Below, piece by piece: positions 1 through 7,247 of a DNA stretch of 31,651 bases. Location: NCBI GenBank assembly GCA_964366955.1, contig CAYIVT010000001.1, forward strand, positions 1-31,651, given 5' to 3'. Positions within the stretch are counted from its first letter, which is position 1, and the number at the start of each line of letters is the position of its first letter. Under the pieces are notes generated by a model. That model saw nothing but the letters and a program-made list of their open reading frames with translations. It did not search any database and was not told where the DNA came from. A program made the translations under genes and the position numbers. The DNA comes from an uncultured Candidatus Saccharibacteria bacterium (GTDB lineage Bacteria > Patescibacteriota > Minisyncoccia > UBA6257 > JAUSGH01).

Positions 1-2
1 TT

Positions 3-323
3 CGTTATTCTATGGATCAAGCTGTGGCGCGCATGCAAAAATATCAAGATATTCGAGTTGCTGCTATGGTGCAACAAGCAGCTGCGAACATACAATCACA
101 GGTCAATATGCCGATTAATAAAAATTACACCATACCGCTCCCTATTCGAGCCAAATTACGCCCGTGGTTACAGGATTTTAATTTAGGAGCAACATATGGA
201 CCAGTTGAGGTTGGCGCTCAAATAAAAGCTGTAAATGATGCTGATTTAGATCAAAAGTTTATAGATGGCTGGATGTTGTGGAACCCATCTAATATCTACA
301 CTAAAGATGCCCTACGAAATTAA
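3..323 (+). CDS. C-terminal fragment of a putative glycoside hydrolase (DUF4015-like); 5' end outside the window
   Basis: Frame is open from base 3 (cgt tat tct atg). C-terminal motifs LRPWLQDF, AQIKA and GWMLWNPSNIY resemble this family's TIM-barrel end. Confidence 0.65.
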   Translation, partial: RYSMDQAVARMQKYQDIRVAAMVQQAAANIQSQVNMPINKNYTIPLPIRAKLRPWLQDFNLGATYGPVEVGAQIKAVNDADLDQKFIDGWMLWNPSNIYTKDALRN

Positions 324-1011
324 AACAGAACATTTTGCCGGCCCATTAGAAAAACTCTTAGAGCTTGTAGAAGCTCAAGATTTAGATGTGACATTAATTA
401 GTATAGCTCGTGTCACTGGTGATTTTATTAACTATATTAAAACACTAGGGGATAAAGTAGATCATAAAACTTTAGCAGATTTTGTTGCTATGGCTTCTAG
501 ACTGATACTTATTAAATCTAAAGCCTTATTGCCAAATCTAGAGCTTACGAAGGAAGAGGAAGCTGATATTAAAGATCTAGAAAATAAATTAAGTTTATAT
601 AAAGAATTTAAAAATGCAGGCAAACTATTAGCTAAACTTTTTAGCACAGGAAAAACTGCTTATGCTCGAGAATTTCTGCAAGATACACAGAATGTTTTTA
701 ATCCACCCATAAGTCTTGATAATCAAAATATTTTTAAAAACATAAGGAGTGTTTTAGGCAGTTTAGAATTTTTAGATCACAAGGAAGAAAAAGAAGTAGC
801 TAAAATTTTAGTAACTTTAGAAGAAAAAATTTCTGAGCTAGTAATAAGAATGCAAAAAATAGACAAACAGAGTTTTAAGGATTTAGCAATTGGGAAATCT
901 AAAGGAGAAATAGTGGTTTTGTTTTTAGCTTTACTTCATCTTTTAAAAACCCAGAACATAAGTATGTCCCAAAAAAATCATTTTGATGATATTATTATAA
1001 AAAACTTATGA
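307..1011 (+). CDS. scpA: Segregation/condensation protein A (kleisin)
   Basis: Starts MPYEIKTEHFAGPLEKLLELVE (F-x-GPLxxLL), has ADFVAMASRLILIKSKALLP and C-terminal FLALLHL winged helix; directly upstream of scpB. Start moved from the track's 265 to ATG 307. Confidence 0.93.
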   Translation: MPYEIKTEHFAGPLEKLLELVEAQDLDVTLISIARVTGDFINYIKTLGDKVDHKTLADFVAMASRLILIKSKALLPNLELTKEEEADIKDLENKLSLYKEFKNAGKLLAKLFSTGKTAYAREFLQDTQNVFNPPISLDNQNIFKNIRSVLGSLEFLDHKEEKEVAKILVTLEEKISELVIRMQKIDKQSFKDLAIGKSKGEIVVLFLALLHLLKTQNISMSQKNHFDDIIIKNL

Positions 1012-1523
1012 GTAAACTATCCGCTTTAGAAGCTATACTTTTTATTTACGGTGAACCAATATCAATTAAAAAAATTGGCGGCTTATTAGAGCTCGGGGAA
1101 GAAGAAGCTGAAAAGTTAATAGAAAATTTTAGAAAAAGTATAAGCGAAGAAAATCGAGGAGTTATGCTTATAGGAGATAACGAAAATATCCAAATAGTTA
1201 CTAAGCCAGAGTTTGGCAATTTACTTGAAAAAATAATTAAATCTGAAACGCGCGAAGACATCTCGCAAGCCGCTCAAGAAACTTTAGCTATTGTGGCTTA
1301 TATGGGTCCAGTGGAACGAAGTAAAATAGAATATATTAGAGGGGTAAACTCAAGCTTTACTTTACGTAATCTTTTAGTGAGAGGCTTAATAGAAAGAGAT
1401 AAAAACTTTTATAAACTTACCAATGATGCTTTGCGACATTTAGGGGTTAGCAAAATAGAAGAATTGCCGGAGTATGAAAAGCATAGTCAATTATTATCCG
1501 AAACAACACAAAAGCTTGCTTAA
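1008..1523 (+). CDS. scpB: SMC-Scp complex subunit ScpB
   Basis: LEAILFIYGEP, ETLAIVAYMGPV, IEYIRGVNS motifs; ATGA overlap with scpA. Confidence 0.95.
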   Translation: MSKLSALEAILFIYGEPISIKKIGGLLELGEEEAEKLIENFRKSISEENRGVMLIGDNENIQIVTKPEFGNLLEKIIKSETREDISQAAQETLAIVAYMGPVERSKIEYIRGVNSSFTLRNLLVRGLIERDKNFYKLTNDALRHLGVSKIEELPEYEKHSQLLSETTQKLA

Positions 1524-1551
1524 TTTTGTCAACTATGATATTGTAGAGTGA

Positions 1552-2784
1552 ATGACTGAAACATCTACTTTCTATAATTTAGGTATTGCGCCTCATATCA
1601 TAACCATACTTGATAAAATTGGCTTTAAAACCCCAACCCCTATTCAAGCTCAATCAATTCCAATAGCCATAGAGGGAAAAGATTTAATTGGCATCGCACA
1701 AACAGGCACAGGAAAAACATTAGCTTTTGGTATTCCTATGATACAAGCGATACTTCAAGGTAAGCGCGGTCTTGTTGTTTTACCAACTCGCGAATTAGCT
1801 TTGCAAGTGCATGAAACTTTAGGTAAATTTGGTATAGCCTTAAATTTAAGAAGTGCCTTAGTTATTGGCGGAGAATCTATGGGAAGACAAGTTAATGCAT
1901 TGCGTCGTGATCCACATATAATCATTGGAACTCCTGGGAGAATTATGGACCACGTGCAACACAAAACACTCTCACTGCCATTAATTAATGTTATCGTGCT
2001 TGACGAAGCAGATAGAATGTTAGACATTGGTTTTGCGCCGCAGTTAACTGAGATACTCAGGAGCATTGCTCGCGAACGCCAAACCATGCTTTTTTCCGCT
2101 ACAATGCCTAAAGAAATAATCGCTATTGCTAATGCATACATGAAACTTCCTGTGCGCGTAGAAATTGCGCCTCAAGGAACTGTGGCTGAAAATGTAACCC
2201 AAGAAGTATTTTTTATTGATCGTGGAAGCAAGCCTCAACTTTTAGAAAAAATTCTTAATGAATATAAAGGATCTATATTACTTTTTTCTCGCACTAAGCA
2301 TGGTGCGAGAAGAATTGCCACGAATATTCGTGCGCTTGGACACACTTCCACGGAATTACACGCGAATAAATCGCTTGGTCAGCGCAAAGAAGCCTTGCAG
2401 GGTTTTAAAGACGGCGTATATCGTATTTTAGTAGCCACAGATATTGCCGCGCGCGGCATTGACGTTAAGGGTATTGAACTTGTTTTAAATTATGATTTGC
2501 CAAGCACTGCCGAAGACTATGTGCATCGTATTGGTCGCACTGGTAGAGCTGGTGGCGGGGGACACGCAATTTCTTTTGCCGCTCCAGATGAGCGCACAGA
2601 TGTGCGTGATATTGAACGCTTAATTAGAGCCACTTTGCCAGTTTCGCAAGCAACTGGATTACCACCAGCAAGATTTATTCCTATGCAAGATACGCGCAAA
2701 GCTCCTCAAAGAGGGCGCGCAATGTTTGGACGATTCTCTAATCGTTCTAGCAAAGGATCTGGGCGTCCAAAGTGGGGGAGATAG
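1552..2784 (+). CDS. DEAD-box RNA helicase (RhlE-like)
   Basis: Q motif PTPIQ, AQTGTGKT, PTRELA, TPGR, DEAD, SAT, ARGID, YVHRIGRTGRAG; basic C-terminal tail. Confidence 0.96.
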   Translation: MTETSTFYNLGIAPHIITILDKIGFKTPTPIQAQSIPIAIEGKDLIGIAQTGTGKTLAFGIPMIQAILQGKRGLVVLPTRELALQVHETLGKFGIALNLRSALVIGGESMGRQVNALRRDPHIIIGTPGRIMDHVQHKTLSLPLINVIVLDEADRMLDIGFAPQLTEILRSIARERQTMLFSATMPKEIIAIANAYMKLPVRVEIAPQGTVAENVTQEVFFIDRGSKPQLLEKILNEYKGSILLFSRTKHGARRIATNIRALGHTSTELHANKSLGQRKEALQGFKDGVYRILVATDIAARGIDVKGIELVLNYDLPSTAEDYVHRIGRTGRAGGGGHAISFAAPDERTDVRDIERLIRATLPVSQATGLPPARFIPMQDTRKAPQRGRAMFGRFSNRSSKGSGRPKWGR

Positions 2785-2786
2785 GA

Positions 2787-3104
2787 TTATCTAAAGTAGA
2801 ATAGCGCGCAAATAGCTATAGCTGTAATTACAAAAAATATTACCAAAGTTGCGAAAAGTAAACGAATTGCTTCTTCTTTCTTACCATCCAAATACCACAG
2901 TATCGGCCTACCAAATATTAATGAGCCGACAATCGCCACTGAAAAAACTAAAAGTGAAAGCATGACTATCGGCGCAAACACCGTGTCCGGAGATTTATCT
3001 AGACCAGATATTTTTGGAATATAAAATAAAGACGAAGCAATTAAAATAATATAGGCACTTGTCGCTAGAGCATTTAGCAAAGATAGTCTAATAATTTTTA
3101 TCAT
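2787..3104 (-). CDS. Small three-helix membrane protein, function unknown
   Basis: Three hydrophobic segments and a GRPILWYLDGKKEEA loop. ATG 3104 (MIKIIRLSLLNALAT) preferred to the track's TTG 3125. Confidence 0.75.
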   Translation of the reverse strand: MIKIIRLSLLNALATSAYIILIASSLFYIPKISGLDKSPDTVFAPIVMLSLLVFSVAIVGSLIFGRPILWYLDGKKEEAIRLLFATLVIFFVITAIAICALFYFR

Positions 3105-3187
3105 ACAACATAAAACTTTATTCAAGATAAAAAAGTTTTCTAAATTAGTTTTTAAAAATAATCTGTGTTAAAGTAGAAAAATAATCT

Positions 3188-3258
3188 TGTGGGATCGTCT
3201 AATGGTAGGACTTCGCCCTCTGAAGGCGAGTATCTTGGTTCGAGTCCAAGTCCCACAG
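3188..3258 (+). tRNA. tRNA-Gln (anticodon CUG)
   Basis: Acceptor TGTGGGA/TCCCACA, D-loop AATGGTA, anticodon arm TCGCC-CTCTGAA-GGCGA, T-loop GGTTCGAGTCC; CCA not encoded. Confidence 0.96.
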
Positions 3259-3287
3259 CAAAATGACAGTCTTACAATACAATAATT

Positions 3288-3322
3288 AGAGGTGGCAACC
3301 ATGCGGTTGCCACCTCTTTTTT
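3288..3322. terminator. Intrinsic terminator between tRNA-Gln and the convergent Zn-finger ORF
   Basis: 13-bp perfect stem AGAGGTGGCAACC-ATGC-GGTTGCCACCTCT followed by a T run on +. Confidence 0.85.
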
Positions 3323-3488
3323 AGTTTCCTCCCATAGACTCAAGTTCCATCAATGCCTTCCTACGATTGAACCACCCAAGTAAGCAATCCCAACACTGCT
3401 TGCAAAGATACCGATTATTCAACTCAAGCTTAACAAATTGATGAGTCGGAATATGCTCTTGCTTTCCGCAGCGAGCACACTTTTGCAT
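3321..3488 (-). CDS. Small CxxC...CxxC zinc-finger protein (~55 aa)
   Basis: MQKCARCG...YLCKQCW; GGAGGT at 3499-3504 upstream of GTG 3494/ATG 3488; own promoter and terminator. Confidence 0.75.
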   Translation of the reverse strand: MQKCARCGKQEHIPTHQFVKLELNNRYLCKQCWDCLLGWFNRRKALMELESMGGN

Positions 3489-3551
3489 TTCCACGGTTAC
3501 CTCCAACAAATAACTGTGGTACAATAAAATCATCTCAACTACTTACTTGCA

Positions 3552-3580
3552 ATGGTACATAAATACATGAAAAAAGTCAA
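3552..3580 (-). promoter_or_regulatory. Sigma70-type promoter for the 3321-3488 ORF
   Basis: TTGACT-17 nt-TACCAT on the minus strand. Confidence 0.55.
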
Positions 3581-4016
3581 TGCTTTAATAATTTTTAGTT
3601 TATTTTTAGTATTACTAGTTTTATTTTCTTTCTCAAAAAATAAAAACTCGCTTAGCCAAATTTCTGCGGATGTTCCATGTTTACTTCCCAACCTCCCGTT
3701 AGTTATGCATCTTCATTCAGAGTTAAGTATAGAAATTGATGGAAAAATACAAAATATTCCTAATACTATTGGCATAGAAAAATCTTGCGAAAGAGCTATA
3801 CATATGCATAACGATACTATGGGTAAAATTCATGTGGAATCTCAAACAGTGCGAGACTATACCCTAGGAGATTTTTTCTCAGTTTGGGGTGAAAAAATTG
3901 AAAAAGAAAATTATGACCTTATCATGACAGTTAATAACCAACCATCGAAAGAATCTAGTTCAGTTATTCTAAAAAATGATCAAAAAATAAAATTAGTTTA
4001 CACTGCTAAAAAATAA
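3567..4016 (+). CDS. Exported or membrane-anchored His-rich putative metal-binding protein
   Basis: N-terminal signal/anchor (MKKVNALIIFSLFLVLLVLF), then MHLH, C-x4-HMHND-x3-KIHVES and YTLGDFFSVWG. An alternative start is 3552. Confidence 0.75.
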   Translation: MKKVNALIIFSLFLVLLVLFSFSKNKNSLSQISADVPCLLPNLPLVMHLHSELSIEIDGKIQNIPNTIGIEKSCERAIHMHNDTMGKIHVESQTVRDYTLGDFFSVWGEKIEKENYDLIMTVNNQPSKESSSVILKNDQKIKLVYTAKK

Positions 4017-4020
4017 TCTT

Positions 4021-4626
4021 ATGAGGCAAAATTACAATCCCGAAAAATTAAAAATAACTAATAACTTGGAAGGTTTTAGTTTAAAAATGGTTAACGAACA
4101 TTTTAAACTTTACGAAGGCTATGTTAAAAAAACTAATGAGATTCAACAAAAACTAGAAGAAGCCGATAAGTCAGAAGCTAATGGCGTTTACAGTTTTATT
4201 GGGGAATTAAAACGCCAAGAAACTTTTGCTGTAAATGGCATGAAATTGCACGAGGTATATTTTGGTCAGTTAGATGGTGTGGCAAATAATGCGACACAAG
4301 CTAGCGATGAAATTTTAAAAATGATAGAAAGAGATTTTGGCTCTATGAATAAATGGAAACTAGACATGATCGCCACTGGCTTATCTGCTCGCGGATGGGG
4401 GATATTGGCTTATGACCTTAAAGATGGCAAGTTGCATAACTATGGTTCGGATGGCCATAACGTAGGCGCAGTTTGGGGCGCAATTCCTTTAATTGCGTTA
4501 GATGTTTACGAACATGCATACTTTATAGATTACGGCGTTAACCGCAAAGATTATATAAATTCATTTTTCAAAAATTTAAATTGGAACTACGTAAATGAAT
4601 TAATTAAAAAATTTAATTTAACATAA
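4021..4626 (+). CDS. Fe/Mn superoxide dismutase family protein
   Basis: Four ligand positions: NEHF, KLHE and LDVYEHAYFIDY; also GWGIL. Confidence 0.92.
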   Translation: MRQNYNPEKLKITNNLEGFSLKMVNEHFKLYEGYVKKTNEIQQKLEEADKSEANGVYSFIGELKRQETFAVNGMKLHEVYFGQLDGVANNATQASDEILKMIERDFGSMNKWKLDMIATGLSARGWGILAYDLKDGKLHNYGSDGHNVGAVWGAIPLIALDVYEHAYFIDYGVNRKDYINSFFKNLNWNYVNELIKKFNLT

Positions 4627-4631
4627 ACAAA

Positions 4632-4661
4632 TACAAGCCATCCTAGTAGGGATGGCTTGTA
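4632..4661. terminator. Hairpin terminator between convergent SOD and the Cys-rich ORF
   Basis: 12-bp stem TACAAGCCATCC/GGATGGCTTGTA with A/T-rich flanks. Confidence 0.75.
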
Positions 4662-4667
4662 AATTTA

Positions 4668-4883
4668 CTAACTCACGCTAACTAAAAGCGAGGAAGCTCT
4701 ACACTCACGACACAAAGATTTTTGAAGTTCATTGATTGCTGTCAGTCTTCTACATTTTTGACATGCTTCATGCGGGGTGCCCATCACAGGATGCTCACAC
4801 TTAGAACAACAAAATTTATTTCCACGTAATTTATTGTAGTCTAACAACGAAAAGCACTTAGAGCAATAATTACGCTCTTCCAC
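4668..4883 (-). CDS. Small double zinc-ribbon-like protein (four CxxC pairs)
   Basis: CSKC, CSKC, CQKC, CREC in 71 aa; AAGGAGGAG at 4889-4897 before the GTG start; perfect promoter upstream. Confidence 0.78.
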   Translation of the reverse strand: MEERNYCSKCFSLLDYNKLRGNKFCCSKCEHPVMGTPHEACQKCRRLTAINELQKSLCRECRASSLLVSVS

Positions 4884-4937
4884 CGATACTCCTCCTTAAA
4901 AATAATACCGATTGATACAATCAAATTACTGATAACT

Positions 4938-4966
4938 ATTATAGTGAAATAATCAATTTATGTCAA
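4938..4966 (-). promoter_or_regulatory. Perfect consensus sigma70 promoter
   Basis: TTGACA-17 nt-TATAAT; the -35 lies in the last codons of fmt (AAT TTG ACA TAA). Confidence 0.85.
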
Positions 4967-5788
4967 ATTTTTGTAAGCCCTAGGTTTTTTGCCATCTAGT
5001 TGAATTTTTTCTAATCTAAGTTTTCCTTCATGAATTGAAGTCTCTAAAATTTTCATACGAACTTTTTCCTCATTACGCCTAATGAAGGTATATACTCCGG
5101 GGTCTGGATTTAATGCTCGCACTTTACGATCAATCATTGTTCGTTCATCTTTTTCTAAATCTATAAATCCATCTTCAGTGCTAAATTTTTTAGTAAAAGT
5201 GGCTTGGCTGTGATCTTGCGCCATGCCAATATTTTTTTTATTTATAAAATTTGGGATGGTTTCCAACAAAAGATCTGCGCTCACTTGTGCAAGCTCACAC
5301 ATCAATGTTTCATAATGAATCCTATTGGCTATTGGCCAAACCCTAGTGACTATTACTTCTCCGTGATCAACTTTCTCGTCCATTAAATATAGAGTTACTC
5401 CTGTTTCTTTTTCTCCCGCTAAAATAACTGATTGTATAGGAGTTGCTCCACGATACTTTGGAAGAAGCGATGGATGCACGCCGATTGTTCCTAATCTAGG
5501 TAAATCTAAAATAGCTTTAGGAATTATCTTGGCATAAGCAGCAACGACGAAGAAGTCGAAATTACTATTGGCTATTGGCCAAACCCTAGTGGCTAAATTA
5601 TCTGGTTGCCAAACTGGGATGTTGCTTTTTATAGCCACGACCTTAGTTAATGGGGGAGTGACTATTTTTTTACGACCAACTGGTTTATCGGGGTTACAAA
5701 TAACAAGTGCCGGCGGCATACCAGCAGCAATTAAATTTTCTAAAATAATTTTAGCAAATTCTGGACTTCCAAAAAATACATATTTCAT
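4958..5788 (-). CDS. fmt: Methionyl-tRNA formyltransferase
   Basis: FFGSPEF, PDKPVGRKK, VHPSLLPKYRGATPIQ, GVTLYLMDEKVDHG; overlaps the def stop. Confidence 0.96.
   Translation of the reverse strand: MKYVFFGSPEFAKIILENLIAAGMPPALVICNPDKPVGRKKIVTPPLTKVVAIKSNIPVWQPDNLATRVWPIANSNFDFFVVAAYAKIIPKAILDLPRLGTIGVHPSLLPKYRGATPIQSVILAGEKETGVTLYLMDEKVDHGEVIVTRVWPIANRIHYETLMCELAQVSADLLLETIPNFINKKNIGMAQDHSQATFTKKFSTEDGFIDLEKDERTMIDRKVRALNPDPGVYTFIRRNEEKVRMKILETSIHEGKLRLEKIQLDGKKPRAYKNLT
5322..5348. repeat. Copy 1 of an exact 27-bp intragenic repeat in fmt (encodes TRVWPIAN)
   Basis: CTATTGGCTATTGGCCAAACCCTAGTG, identical to 5565-5591. Confidence 0.95.
5565..5591. repeat. Copy 2 of the exact 27-bp intragenic repeat in fmt
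   Basis: Identical to 5322-5348, same orientation and reading frame. Confidence 0.95.
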
Positions 5789-6267
5789 ATCGCATTATTC
5801 GCGATTACTCTAACGTCTTTTGCTTTATCAATAAATAATATCCCATTTAAGTGATCTACCTCGTGTTGAAAAACGCGCGCCAAAACTCCTTTTGCTTTTA
5901 TTTTTATGGGCTTACTATTTTTATCATAAGCAGATAAAACAACTTTTTCATTACGTTCAACTTTTCCATAAGTTTTAGGCACGCTCAAACAGCCCTCGTC
6001 TTCAATGCTAGTTTCATCAGAAGATTTAATAATTTCAGGATTGAAAAAAGAATAAAATTTACCATTTACTCTCGTTACAAAAACTCTAACATTTAGCCCA
6101 ATTTGATTTGCTGCCAAACCAATGCCTTTTTCTTCTAGCATAGCTAAACGCATCATTTTTATGAGCTCACTAATTTCTTTTTTAGAAAATTTAGAAAAAT
6201 CAAAATCTGCGGTTTTGGTGCGCAAATTTTTTTCATCTACTTTATTATTTATGGTTAAGATTTTCAT
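5785..6267 (-). CDS. def: Peptide deformylase
   Basis: GIGLAANQIG, EGCLS and QHEVDHLNG motifs. Confidence 0.97.
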   Translation of the reverse strand: MKILTINNKVDEKNLRTKTADFDFSKFSKKEISELIKMMRLAMLEEKGIGLAANQIGLNVRVFVTRVNGKFYSFFNPEIIKSSDETSIEDEGCLSVPKTYGKVERNEKVVLSAYDKNSKPIKIKAKGVLARVFQHEVDHLNGILFIDKAKDVRVIANNAI

Positions 6268-6281
6268 TTTGTAATGTCTGG

Positions 6282-6333
6282 GCCACCCGATGACCAGAAT
6301 GCACTTGCTTTAATATTTAGGTCATCGGGTGGC
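6282..6333. repeat. Hairpin element copy 1 (REP/REPIN-like or structured RNA)
   Basis: 14-bp inverted repeat GCCACCCGATGACC / GGTCATCGGGTGGC around a 24-nt spacer containing CTTTAATATTT; homologous to 17610-17665. Confidence 0.85.
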
Positions 6334-6340
6334 GAAACAC

Positions 6341-6619
6341 TCATTTTTTAAATTCCTTTGGGTCATACAAAACTTTCATAAAATATGCCCCCATATTCTT
6401 AACATCTTTAGTCTCAGCCACGGTTTTAGCTAACGACAATATTTTATCCTTTCCTAGCTTTTTTGTCAATTTAATGTATAATGCTTTATGTTCACTATCG
6501 TTTAAAATATCAGCAACTTCTAAGCCAATTGACTGAAATTCTTGCGAAACACGATTATCTCTTTTACGCCTCTTAATAGCATCTAAGTAATTTATACCAG
6601 CATTTTCAAACAAGTTCAT
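6341..6619 (-). CDS. Small helical hypothetical protein upstream of def
   Basis: 92-aa ORF with LYIKLTKK and KNMGAYFMKVL segments; TAAAAT 6 nt before the ATG. Confidence 0.75.
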   Translation of the reverse strand: MNLFENAGINYLDAIKRRKRDNRVSQEFQSIGLEVADILNDSEHKALYIKLTKKLGKDKILSLAKTVAETKDVKNMGAYFMKVLYDPKEFKK

Positions 6620-6673
6620 ATTTCAATTTTAAGCCATTTGGCTATTAAGAACAATTGCATTATATTAATTAGT

Positions 6674-7231
6674 ATGCGTCGTTTATTTATTAGTATTGAT
6701 TTACCAAAAAATATTCAACACGAACTGGATTATGAAGTTTCTGAATTACAAAAAAGTGCGTGGGATAAAGTTAAATTTGTGCCAAAAGAAAATTGGCATC
6801 TTACGCTCATTTTTTTAGGCGATCAAGATGATATTGCAATGGGTCAAATAATTAGTGCCCTCAACACGCACGTTCCACAAATTAAAGCTCAAGAATTATT
6901 GATTAAATCTTTATGCTACGGCCCAAAAATTGAGAATCCCAGCATGATATGGGCATTAACCGACAAAGAATCTTCTTTAAAATTATTAAAGATTAGAGAT
7001 TCTATAAATAATACACTAGCTAAAGCGAATGTTCGCTTTCAAGAAGACAAAAGAACATATAACGGACACATAACACTGGCGCGTTTAAAATCTAGAAATA
7101 GCTTACCTGCATTATCAAAAAATCTTAATATTAAATTTACAGCCTATACAATTTCCTTAATAGAATCAGAGTTAACTAAAAACGAAGCGGAATATATAAC
7201 GCTGGCTTCGTGGACATTAAATGAAGAATAA
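6674..7231 (+). CDS. thpR: RNA 2',3'-cyclic phosphodiesterase (2H phosphoesterase, LigT/ThpR)
   Basis: RLFISIDLP start and two HxT motifs (WHLTL, GHITL). Start ATG 6674 rather than the track's 6638. Confidence 0.92.
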   Translation: MRRLFISIDLPKNIQHELDYEVSELQKSAWDKVKFVPKENWHLTLIFLGDQDDIAMGQIISALNTHVPQIKAQELLIKSLCYGPKIENPSMIWALTDKESSLKLLKIRDSINNTLAKANVRFQEDKRTYNGHITLARLKSRNSLPALSKNLNIKFTAYTISLIESELTKNEAEYITLASWTLNEE

Positions 7232-7247
7232 CTTAAAATAATAAATA

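Noticed and set aside
265-306. N-terminal extension of scpA in the ORF track (MAGCCGTH...)
   Set aside because: Overlaps the upstream gene; recognisable ScpA sequence starts at ATG 307.
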